DNA of 64,000 bases. Source: the human T2T-CHM13v2.0 reference genome, Homo sapiens. How positions within the stretch are numbered: the first letter of the stretch is position 1; every line of letters begins with the position of its first letter. Shown here piece after piece: positions 15,058 through 43,094 of this stretch. The DNA lies in assembly GCF_009914755.1 (NCBI RefSeq), contig NC_060943.1, one strand, 5' to 3'. Under the pieces are notes generated by a model, which had not been told where the DNA came from, did no database searches, and saw only the letters and a list, made by a program, of their open reading frames with translations. Both the position numbers and the translations under genes were made by a program.

Positions 15058-15405
<348 letters not shown>

Positions 15406-16216
15406 TTATGCAGGCTTTCACAAGCTCCAAAAGATTCACCGTGCAGAACTGGAGATTCTAGAGAAAGACCACGCCTCCTCCTGCGGGTAACTCTTCATTC
15501 AGCAAGCAGCTCTTGGCTTATCCCTGGGCTTAGTGGAATTCGAATACCTGACCATAGGACACCAAGGGCTTTGGGACCTGAATGACACATCATGTGGTGG
15601 TGACATCTGAGTTACCTGGGGCGTGCACAGCAGCCTCCAGCATCCCAGGGAGAGCTGTGTATGGGGTCAGGCTCAAGCAGGTCTCAGGGCACCAGTGACC
15701 CAATGGGTGACTCAGACTCCCATGGCACCTGCTCCTTCTGTTTCTCCCTTCGCCATATATATGAGCTCATGGGAAACGCTGTGACCTCTTACAGAGGAGG
15801 AAAGTTCATGGACTTCTAGCTTCTAGAACTGTGATACAATAAACTCCTGTTGCTTATCTACTCCTCTGCAGTATTTTGTCATGGCAGCCCTAGCAAACTA
15901 CTATAGTGACTGTGGGGGTTAGGATGACACCAAGCATCAAATGCCACTCCCTGTTCCAACAGTGAGACCATTCCACAGCCCCTGAATGACAAGACAGGCC
16001 TTCAAACTCAAGACTACCTGGCTAGGTAAGAAGTACTTTAGTCACACCACTTCTGAACTTTCTTGCCTACCTGCAGGGCAGGAATTTTTACCATTTTTAA
16101 ATGAGGACACTGAAGCTCAGAGAAGTGATGCTATTTCCTGATGGGTAAGAGGTGATATATTTCAGTCCTCAGACCAACTCTGGAGTAGCAAGGTTCTAGT
16201 CTTAAGAGTCAAACTT

Positions 16217-16522
<306 letters not shown>

Positions 16523-16532
16523 GTCAACCTTG

Positions 16533-16820
16533 AGCCAGGCATGGTGGCTCATGCCTGTAATCTCAGCACTTTGGGAAGCCGATGAAGTCAGGATTTCGAG
16601 AGCAGCTTGGGCAACATGCTAATACGCTGTCTCTACCAAAAATTAAAAAATTAGTGGGTATGGTGGCTCATGCCTGTAATCCCAGCTATTTGGGAGGCTG
16701 AGGCACAAGGATAGCATGAACCCTGGAGGTGGAGCTGCAGTGAGCCAAGATTGTGCCATTGTACTCCAGTCTGGAGTGCAAAAAAAAAAAGTCCATCTCA
16801 AAAAAAACACAAAAAGAATA
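16533..16820 (+). mobile_element. Older Alu, tandem to the preceding Alu
   Basis: Diverged dimer. Confidence 0.8.
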
Positions 16821-17484
16821 AATATGGGGCCTCATGACTGTATATTACTGGGCTTCCGACCTAGACTGAAAGATCAGGGAAGACTTTCCTGAAGAGAAAG
16901 TGAGCTCTGATGGGCCCACTGTACTCTAGCCTGGGCAATGTAATGAGGCTCTGTCTCAAGAAAAACATGCAGAATAAAACCACAATAAGATACCACTACA
17001 GAACTATTAGAATGGCTAAGATTAAAAAGAGTGACCATGACAAGTGTTGGCAAGGATGTGGAGGCACTGGAATGCTCACGCTACTGGTGGGAATGTAAGA
17101 TGGTACAACCACTATGAAAGCAGTCTGGCAGCTTCTAAAAATTTCAGCATACACCCACTATACTACTCGGCAATTCCATTCCATTCCCACATTATTTTTA
17201 TTTAAAGGAAAATCAAGTGGTATGATCTTTAAGGCATTTTTGCCTGACAAATAGATGAAATGTGGGTAGCAGCCCAACACTCCCTGGTAAGTCTTCACAG
17301 GGCATATGTGGACTCGTGGCCCCCAGGAAATATGGCTCTTTCCACAAGTGCTAAGTCCACTCTCTCCATCAATCCTAAGATGTTAGTTCCACAGCACTGC
17401 CAGCATTGGGCTTTGTCTATTTCTTTCTTTCTTTGTCTTTTTTGAGAGGGGTCTTGCTCTGTCATCCAGGCTGAAGTGCAGTGA

Positions 17485-18952
17485 TGCAATGTTGGTTGTA
17501 ATGGCTCCCATTTCATTTCCAATTGATCTTATTTGGCTCTTCCCTCTTTTTTTCTTGGTTAATCTTGCCAATGGTCTATCAATTTTATTTATTTTTCCCA
17601 AAAATCAGCTTTACATTTTATTTATATTTTGTATTATTTTGTTTCAATTTCATTTAGTTCTACTCTGATGTTGGTTATTTTCTTTCTTCTGCTGGATTTG
17701 GGTTTGGTGTGTTCTTGTTTCTTGAGTTTCTAGAAGTGTAACCTTAGATTGTCTATTTGTGCTCTTTCAGTCTTTTTGATGTAGGCATTTAAGGCTATAA
17801 ACTTTTAGCACACTCTTTGCTGTATTCCAGATGTTTTGATAGGGTGCGTCACTATTGTTCAGTTTGAAGAATTTTTAAATTTCCATCTTGATTTCATATT
17901 TGACCCAATGATCATTCAGGAGCAAGTTATTTAATTTCCATGTGTTTGCATGGTTTTGAAAGTTCCTTTTGGAGTTGATTTCCAGTTTATTCTACCATTG
18001 TCTGAGAGAGTACTTCATATAATTTCAATTTTCTTAAATTTATTGAGACTTGTTTTGTGGCCTATCATGTGGCCTATCTTGAAGAAAGTTCCATGTGCTG
18101 ATGAATAGAATGTATATTTTGTGGTTGTTGGGTAGAATATTCTGTAAATATCTCTTAAGTCTATTTGCTCTAGGGCATAGTTTAAATCCATTGTTTCTTC
18201 CTTGACTTTCTGTCTTGATGACCCGTCTAGTGCTGTCAGTGGAGTAATGAAGTCCCTCACAATTATTGTGTTACTGTCTATCTCATTTCTTAGGTCTAGT
18301 AGTAATGGCTATATAAATTTGGGAGCTCCAGTGTTAGGTGCATGTTTATTTAGGACTGTGATATTTTCCTGTTGGACAAGTCCTTTTATTATTATATAAT
18401 GTTCCTCTTTGTCTTTTTTAAGTGCTGTTGCTTTAAAGTTAGTTTTTTTGTTATAAGAATAGTTACTCCTGCTCACTTTTGTGGCCATTTGCATGGGGCG
18501 TCTTTTTCTACCCTTTTACCTTAAGTTTATGTGACACTTTATGGTTAGGGGAGTCTCTTGAGGGCAGCAGATACTTGCTTGGTGAATTATTATCAATTCT
18601 GCAATTCTGTATCTTTTAAGTGGAGCATTTAGACCACTTATATTCAATGTTAGTATTGAGATTTGAGGTACTGTTCCATTCATCCTGCTATTTGTTGCCT
18701 GAATACCTTGGTTTTATTCATTTATTTATTGTATTTTTGTTTTATAGGTCCTGTGAGATTCACGCTCAAAGAGGTTCTGTTCTGATGTGTTTCCAGGATT
18801 TGTTTCAAGATTTGGAGCTCCTTTTAGCAGTTATTGTAGTGCTGGCTTGGTAGTGGCAAATTCTCTGAGCATTTGTTTGTCTGAAAAAGACTGTTATCTT
18901 TCCTTTATTTATGAACTTTAGTTTTGCTGGATACAAAATTCTTGGCTGATAA
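17485..18952 (-). mobile_element. L1 fragment (ORF1 end / ORF2 endonuclease region)
   Basis: Minus-strand relics [54 protein letters not shown]. Confidence 0.85.
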
Positions 18953-19254
<302 letters not shown>

Positions 19255-19682
19255 GATAAATTTTTTTAAGGAGGCTGCAGATGGGTATGCATGCTCATTG
19301 GAGGTGTTCTTCCCTTATTGAAGATTATTAAAATCACATGTGTTGAAAAGCATTTGGGACTGTTTACTTAATTGATGAGTACTCATTTATTTTTACATTA
19401 ATTTTGATACCATGTATAAACAATATATAAACATAGGTATGGACATATACATATGTGATAGGCGATACAGCATAGAACATATACATGTGCACATAAAGAT
19501 AGAGTGCGACAGAAATACTTCAGATTTTTGATTTTAAAACTTTATGCATGAACCTATAAAACTCCCTGTTAAAAAAAAAAAACTGGATTTAAATTGTGCT
19601 ATTGTAAATATAAAAATTAACATTTATCTGAGGAAGCCCTTGCTGAGTTTTAGAGAGAGTAGGTAGTAAATTTACATCTCAA

Positions 19683-19685
<3 letters not shown>

Positions 19686-19730
<45 letters not shown>
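19686..19730. repeat. (CA)n microsatellite, about 22 units
   Basis: Direct read. Confidence 0.95.
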
Positions 19731-19733
<3 letters not shown>

Positions 19734-19869
19734 GAATTTGGGTGTGTTCAAGGAAGATTAAAAGTAGATGCCAAGGTAACACAAAAATGATAGAAATTTA
19801 TAACAGGATTTTATAAGGAGACCAATTTTATTTCCATACATAGCTTTTATTTTGGTCTCTGTTTTCCAA

Positions 19870-20240
19870 CTGTACTCCAGGAAACACACTACACAGGCTC
19901 CCTTCTTAAGTGCTGGTGAGCCACTGCATATACAGACAGCCCACTTTAAGGGAAGAATCAGGGGAGAAGAGATGCAGACCCCAGAATTATGCCAACATAC
20001 AAATGCCTAAGTCAAAGGTCAAACTGCACACTTGAAATCTCATCACCTGTTTGGCCCTGTTTTCAGTGTACTTTACTTTCTTTAATTTCTGCTCTAAAGC
20101 TTTTAAATGAACTTTCACTCTTGCTCTAAAATTTGCCTAAGTCTCTTCTTCTGCCTTATGACACTTAGTTGAATTCTTTCTTCTGAAGAAGCAAGAATTG
20201 AGGCTGCTGCAGACTTGTACAGATTTGCTGCCATTAATAT
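19870..20240 (+). mobile_element. ERV1 LTR 3' part (MER50-like)
   Basis: gaattctttcttctgaagaagcaagaattgaggctgctgcagac terminal motif; family recalled, not searched. Confidence 0.5.
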
Positions 20241-20644
20241 ACTTTAGTGCCATTCTACATGATAGAATATACATATTCTTATATTTATACATATATATAA
20301 AATATATGTATTCATAGAGGCCTTGAATCTACATTCTTGCTGCACTTCATGTAAACAATCCAGGTAGAAGACTAAAAGTTATTTTGGAAATACATTTGTC
20401 CCATATGATTTCTATTTCATAAAAATGGGAGACAGGAGGGGGAAAATTATTTTTAGAAAAAAACAACAGAACAACAGTTATTAAATTTTAGATCTGTTCA
20501 TTTTTTTTTTTGAATTTTGTTATTTACCTACAATTTGGGCTGAATCCTAAATTTTTTCCTGGCTACAAATTTCAAAACTAATGGTTTCAGAATTTTCTTC
20601 CATTTTGGTATATTATAAATTAAAACTGTGCTTTTTAAATTTTT

Positions 20645-21560
20645 ATCATTTTTTTATTACGCTTTTAAGTTCTGGGATACATGCACAGAACCTGCAGGTT
20701 TGTTACATAGGTATACATGTGTCATGGTGTTTTGCTGCACCCATTAACCCATCATCTACCTTAGGTATTTCTCCTAATGCTATCCCTCCCCTAGTCCCCC
20801 ACCCCTCAACAGGCCCCAGTGTGTGATGTTCCCCTCCCTGTGTCCATGTGTTCTCATTGTTCAACTCCCACTTATAAGTAAGAACATGCAGTGTTTGGTT
20901 TTCTGTTCCTGTGTTAGTTTGCTGAGAATGGTCATTTCCAGTTTCATCCATGTCCCTGCAAAGGACATGAACTCATCCTTTTTTATGGCTGCATTGAATT
21001 CCATGGTGTATATGTACCATATTTTCTTTATCCAGTCTATCATTGATAGGCATTTGGGTTGGTTCCAAGTCTTTGCTATTGTGAATAGTGCTGCAATAAA
21101 CATATGTGTGCATGTGTCTTTACAGTAGAATGATCTATAATCTTTGGGTATATACCCAGTAATGGGATCACTGGGTCAAATGATATTTCTTGTTCTACAT
21201 CCTTGAGGAATCGCCACACTGTCTTTCACAATGGTTGAACTAATTTACATTCCTACCAACAGTGTAAAAGCGTTCCTATTTCTCCACATCCTCTCCAGCA
21301 TCTGTTGTTTCCTGACCTTTTAATGGTCACCATTCTAACTAGCATGAGACAGTATCTCATTGTGGTTTTGATTTGCATTTCTCTAATGACCAGTGATGAT
21401 GAGCTTTTTTTTGTATGTTTGTTGGTCACAAAAATGTCCTATTTTGAGAAGTGTCTGTTCATGTGCTTCTCCCACTTTTTGATGGGCTTTTTTTTTTCTT
21501 GTAAATTTGTTTAAGTTTCTTGTAGATTTTGGATATTAGCCTTTTGTCAGATGGATAGGT
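20645..21560 (-). mobile_element. L1PA 3' end
   Basis: Canonical L1 3'UTR; FIAALFTIAKTWNQPKC...FAGTWMKLE. Confidence 0.9.
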
Positions 21561-22026
21561 TAAACCTTGCAAGCTGAAACTCGATGACTTATGTAAACTT
21601 CTGGAGAAATCATAGCAACTTATATATAAACAACCTTTGTGCCTGCTGATGTGTACTATACAAAAGGTACACATGAACGCTGGATTCAGACTGCAATTCA
21701 GAAAAATGTGTCAGATTGCCATTGCAATTAGAAGATGCTTCAGAAACTCTAGAAAACCTAGTCTATAGGGTTAGAGTGATGTTTGCCAAACGAATTGCTC
21801 TAATTGAAGCAGCAGTTGTGTGACTTTAATAAAGTTCCAGGATTATACTGTCCCTTTGTTGCTGTGACTTCCCTTTGCCTTTTTCTGATTTGTCTTCATC
21901 CCCTTTTCCACGGGGCATGACTTCTTAAGAATGAGCCTTCCTAGTGATGTAGGATCAGATGAAACATACAGTCACAAAGTCATGTCTTCTACAATGCTTT
22001 CTCTGAAAGCTTTTGAAGAATCGAGG

Positions 22027-22322
22027 GACCAGGTGTGCTGACACAGACCTGTAATCCCAGCAGTTTGAGAGTCCAAGGCAGGAGGATCACTTGAAACCAG
22101 GAGTTTAAGACCAGCCTGAGCAACAAAGGGAGACCATGTCTCTACCAAACATAAAATAAATCAAATTAGCCAGGTGCAGTGATGCATGCCTACAGTCTCA
22201 GATACTTGGGAGGCTAAGGCGGGAGGACCACTTCAGCCCAGGAGTTCAAGGCTGTAGTGAGTACACTCCAGTCTTGGTGACAGAGCAAGGTTGTGTCTCT
22301 AAAAGAAAAAAAAAAAGGAAAG
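22027..22322 (+). mobile_element. AluJ
   Basis: Diverged dimer with A tail. Confidence 0.85.
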
Positions 22323-24741
22323 GAAAAGAATGGGGTAAGCAGGAAAGCCAAAGATCTCGGGCATCTCCAGATGATTCCCTGAACAAATTGTTTTTTCTTG
22401 GCTTCAAAACCTTTCAAGATGTATATTTCTTTGTAAAAGAAAGACATGCCAATTGTAACTTTAAGTGAGCAGTCAAAATCTAGCTCCTAAAACTGAAGTA
22501 TTTTAACTCTCATTCTGATAATATTTATTTTCTGAGGCAAAGAAGAAAGACAAGATTAGATGAATTGTTTTTCTGCCCACACCATCTCTTCCGACATGCC
22601 TTATCCCCTTTAATCAAATGTATAAATACTAAGCCTCCTGAAACCTCTTCAGAGAAAACACAAGCCACAGAGGTTTTTTTGCAACTCATGTATTCCCAGG
22701 GTGTACTTTCAAGTTCTGGCTCAATAAATCTCAATTTATCAAGACCCTTGCCTCAGTCAGTCATTCTGGATAACCACCATGAGTCCTGCAAAGCCCTTCA
22801 GTAATCTGTTGCCTGCCTAGGTGATGTGTAAGGTGAGTCAGGTCTTCATGAGTCAAACACTCGTCTTCCTTTCTGTCTTTCCCAACCCTACCACTCAGTG
22901 CTGTGTGCTCTGATCTGACCCCAGCTCCCAGGTTGTTTGTATTGGTCTAAGAAAGCAAGACCAGGAGGGGCAGGTTGAGAAGGAAGTAAGAAGTGAACAT
23001 GGAAAGTGGCAGGTGGGGCTGTCATTGCTCAAAGCCACACACCCTGGGTGCATTTTATGAATTTTTCTGGATTCATAATCTTTTCCCTGTGTGTCTATCT
23101 AGAAACTCACCCCCCTCCTACTTTCTTCTCATTACTCTTTCTGTTTCTAGTGCACTCGTTTATGGCCAGAGAATGGCCGTGTAAATAGTTGACAATAGAA
23201 TAAAAAATGATGTTTTCTGAGACTTGGAAGCTGGCCTTTCTTTTTTCCAAAAGAGATTGGGGTTTCTAAAAGCTAGCTTTTATGCAGGGCTGTGCAGTTG
23301 TGAGTGTAGTTTTAGGGAACAGATGCATAAGTGAAGGGTGAGACAGAAAACAAAATGCTGGCTGTTTGTCAAATCCTGAAAGTAAATGGGACAAAAATCA
23401 TTTTTGAAGGAGGATGTCATTCAGGAGACCTTGTACATCTTAGCGTGTCCTCTTACCAGAAGAATTGGAGGTTGAGGTTGAATTATGGATTTAAGTGACA
23501 GTGGGTATATAATTCTCTGCCTCAGTTTTTTTTTTTAATCTGTAAAAATGGGGATTGTGGCTCTTGGGATTTTTTGGTGAGCACTATAGTTACCTGAAAA
23601 GCTCTTAGGATAGTGCCTGGTGCATAGTGAGTGCTGCATCAGTGTGAGCTATTATAATTATGGGAATATACAAAGGTATCACCCTGGCCATCCAGAGTGG
23701 GGAGATATTTTCTGGTCAGGGTCCAGGCAGGCCAGCTGGAGATGAAGCTGATTAGTAGGGAAGCTTAACTTCCAGGAGTGGAAGAATTTAGGAGGAGTAA
23801 ACAGAATGCACAACATTCTGCAAACATTCCTTTACCCAACAGTAGGAATACTCAGAGTGGGTGTGTCTTCCGTGACAATCATTATCTCCTGGGAATCTAA
23901 GAATGTGTTCTAGAGTCAAATGGCTTTGATGTAAGCCAAACCCAGAAATGGGCTTCAGGGCTGCCTTGCACATAGCATTCATTCATCTTGAAAAAGGAAA
24001 GCATTCATCTTGCTAAAGGAATCCCCTCTTCTGGCCCAGGCCATTATTTTTGTTTTTGTGCTATCCTAATTTTTAAGGTGTAAGCAGAAAGACTGAAGAA
24101 TAAAATAATGAAGTACATGAATGAAATAACAGGGTAGAATTGAGACTGCTACATGTAAGTTAAGAGAAATTGTGTATAAATTTTTGTGAACAGAAAAAGG
24201 ATTTCTTGTTGCAAACAGACCTCTCTATATAAATAATACCTCCTGCCTTGAGTGGATAGCAGACCGCATCACAAGAACATTCCAGCAGAGTCATGAGAGA
24301 ATGGTTAGTGTGGCTTCTTTAATTGTCAGGTTAGACTGAGTAAGTTACTGAAGAGAAAGGAGTTGAAGGAGAAGATGGGTGAGGGCAAGAAAAATGGGAA
24401 GGTGAAAGGAAAGGACTGAAAGGAATGTTTACCAAGGGCTCATCAGGTACCAGGCTCTGTGACTAATGTCTTACACATGTTAATTTACTCTTCCACTGTC
24501 ATTTTCTGATGCAGTAAGAGTCAGCCTTACACTGCAGATGAGGAAAGAGGCTGAGGGAAGTCAAATGAGTGGCCCAGGGTCATCCAGCCACTTCATAGCA
24601 GAGCTAGTGTGTTTCACTGTGGTTTGTGCAGACAGAAAAGTGAGACATGGAAGGAAGGCAAAACATTTTTGTTGTGGGTGATGTTTATGAAAGTGACCCG
24701 TATGAGGCAGAATAATGGCCTCTTAAAAATGTCCACATCCG

Positions 24742-25033
24742 GGCCGGGTGCAGGGGCTCACGCCTGTCATCCCACCACTTTGGGAGGCTGATACGGGTGG
24801 ATCACGAGGTCAGGAGTTCAAGACCAGCCTGGCCAACGAGGTGAAACCCCGTTTCTACTAAAAATGCAAAAATTAGCTGGGCGTGGTGGCGGGCAACTTT
24901 AATGCCAGCTACTTGGGAGGCTGAGGCAGGAGAATCATATGAACCTGGGAGGCGGAGATTGCAGTGAGCCTAGATTGTCCCACTGCACTCCAGCCGGGGC
25001 AACATGAGTGAAACTGTCTCAAAAAAAAAAAAA
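24742..25033 (+). mobile_element. AluS inserted in an MLT1-like MaLR LTR (about 24700-25260)
   Basis: Alu dimer; flanks resume MLT-like sequence (tccacatcc on both sides). Confidence 0.8.
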
Positions 25034-25382
25034 TCCACATCCTAACTCTTGGAACACATGCATTTACTTTTCTTGGCAAAAACACTGTTCAAAGGTGATG
25101 AGGTTGAGTATCTTGAGATGGAAAGCTTATTCTGGCTTATCTGGATGGCTCCCAGTGTCATCATAGGGGTCCTTGTAAGTGAAAGAGCAAGGCAGGAGGG
25201 TCAGGGTGAGAATGATGCAGTCTGAGAGACTCCACTGGCCATTGCTTGCTGTGAACATGTGTGATAAGACAAAATTACAACTGATTTAGTTATAGATGTA
25301 ATTGGTTTTTATTTGTGATTTATGATTTGGGGCAGCTCTCCCTCTACAGATGCCTCAGCATCCCAAGTAGCTGGGACTATAT

Positions 25383-25830
25383 TGTGGGATCTGGCCAGCA
25401 ACCTGCAATGCAACAGGGCTCTTTCTTTGTTCCCAGGCAGATCGGCAAGTTGAGAAATAAAGGACACACACAAGATAGGGAAAGCTGTGTCCAGGGGTGT
25501 CACCGCCTTCTGGTCCTGCGATGCTGCCAATGCACTGGATACACCAGCATTTATTATTAAGTTTAGTGAGAGTGGGGGTAGTTTAGTGAGGGATTTAGGG
25601 TCATTTATAGGCTCTCCATAAGGGTCACATTCCTTTCCCAGAGCTACAGACATCTGCTTTTCTGGGATAGGAATCTTGGTAATGTGAAACCTCCCTGACT
25701 GCCCATCCATTCATAGGCTCTCTGCAGGGGGAAGCACATCACGTGCTGTTGGCTCATTCTGGCAGTCCAACCTGGCATTTTTCTTTACACAATCCTTCAT
25801 GCAATTTTGTACTTACAATAATCAGGAGCT
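25383..25830 (-). mobile_element. ERVK-class LTR fragment (LTR3-like)
   Basis: tgtgggatctggccagca...tttattattaagtttagtgag; family recalled, not searched. Confidence 0.5.
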
Positions 25831-25862
25831 TTAAAGGATGTCTTGTTATGTAAAAATGTGTT

Positions 25863-26155
<293 letters not shown>

Positions 26156-26159
26156 GAAG

Positions 26160-27340
26160 TGTGGTTGACATGATATATCTGACACTGTTAACTTACTCTC
26201 AGAAGCTACTTCTTGTGAAATCCTAAGTACAGCATTATTCTGGGAAGCAAAGGAGACAGGCATAAGCAAGGAGAAATTAAGAGAGGTAAGAGTCTCATCA
26301 TGATTGATAGTCTTGTTCTGACATCTTGAGAAAAGCTGTCCACAGTGTAAAGTCATCAACTTGTTGTCGTGGTTTGCAGTTTGAGTGTCTCTAAGTTATG
26401 GTGTTGAACATTTGGTGAGCTTTTAGTGGCCCACACCTCAGACACGAGGGTTTTCCCATGAAATTTACATTGAGTTGTCCACCTCCAGCTTATATGGCTT
26501 CAGGAACAGAGCTGCTCTTGTTCTTAATGATTTCATTGGAGAAAATTGAATTGGAAGAACTAAAAGAATTCAGGGTCCAGTCCAGTCTACCAGTGGATTA
26601 TAAATACTCAAAGATAATGAACAGTAGTGGTTCAATCTGGTAACAGGTGTACTACAGTTTTTCTTTTCAACTAGTTTTTCTCTCTATAGGAGTCTCTAAT
26701 TTTACCAAAGATAATTCCAGTAGGATGAATTTGTTTGCAAAATAGGTTGAGTCTCACCGAACTTGCCCAGATTTTTTACCTAAGTGCGGCAAGAGTAGCC
26801 GTGGACCATAGAGGCTCTTTTTAAACGTCCCTTTGCTAGAAGTTTTTAATAAGAATCTCAGATGAAACTTCCAAAAACCTCTTGAGACTAGGAAACTAAA
26901 CCAAGACCAACTTCAGACTTTGCCTGCTTTCCCTATGGGTTTATTCTAGGTATATTATCAAATATAACATCCCAGTAAAAGCTTTGGTAATATAACCAAT
27001 GTTTTCAAATGTGTCCTGTTATAAAGAGAGCAGATTCTTACTGAACTTGTGCAAATAACTTTATTACCATAAACCTATGAATACTCATGAATAGTTTCCC
27101 AATTCTGGGGCACTCAGATAGAGAGCAAAAGCAAATGTTTCAATTTTTGTTTACAAAAGTATACTTTACCAATTGCTGAAGAAAAAAAGTTCATAAATCT
27201 GGAGAATAAAACATTCCAAGAATCAGCACATTTTCCAATAAAAAATTATGAAAACATTATCCTTTTGATTATTTAGTCCAATAACATTGAGTTTTTTTCT
27301 TCTTTGTCTTGAATTTCATGAAGGTATCAACCTGTTCTTT
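26160..27340. mobile_element. ERV-internal-like cassette (probably MER65-int) holding the PSG6 3' UTR and C-exon homologues
   Basis: Homologous to 49330-50560; family name from recalled literature on PSG 3' ends, not verified here. Confidence 0.45.
27060..27065 (-). terminator. PSG6 poly(A) signal AATAAA
   Basis: tttatt on + strand about 300 nt downstream of the GPCHGNQTESH stop. Confidence 0.7.
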
Positions 27341-27367
27341 TTCTCAGTGTCTCTATTGTGGCAGCCA

Positions 27368-42748
<15,381 letters not shown>

Positions 42749-42888
42749 GGTCTCTGCTGTCTGTGTGTTCTCCCCTGTGGAGATGAGCCTAGGATCCAGA
42801 GACTTCCTGAGCAGGGCTGTCAGGTGTGCTGTCCTTCCTCCTTCTGTGCTGAGCCTCTTCCCAGGGCAGAAGCACTTCTCAGGCTCAT

Positions 42889-42910
42889 GGGCGGGGTCAG
42901 GCCCAGGACA
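42889..42910 (-). promoter_or_regulatory. PSG6 proximal promoter: GC box + DR5
   Basis: GGGCGGGGTCAGGCCCAGGACA. Confidence 0.65.
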
Positions 42911-43059
42911 CCTCTCTGTCCCCTCCTCTCTCAGTCCTGCCTCCTTGTCCCTCCTTCTGTTTTTCCTTTTGTCTGTGTTTCAGGTCCCTGGGAATTGTGG
43001 AGGCCTCTGCCTTTTTCAGCAGTGATTCTTTCACCAAACCTCAACACACACTTTGTGCA

Positions 43060-43094
<35 letters not shown>

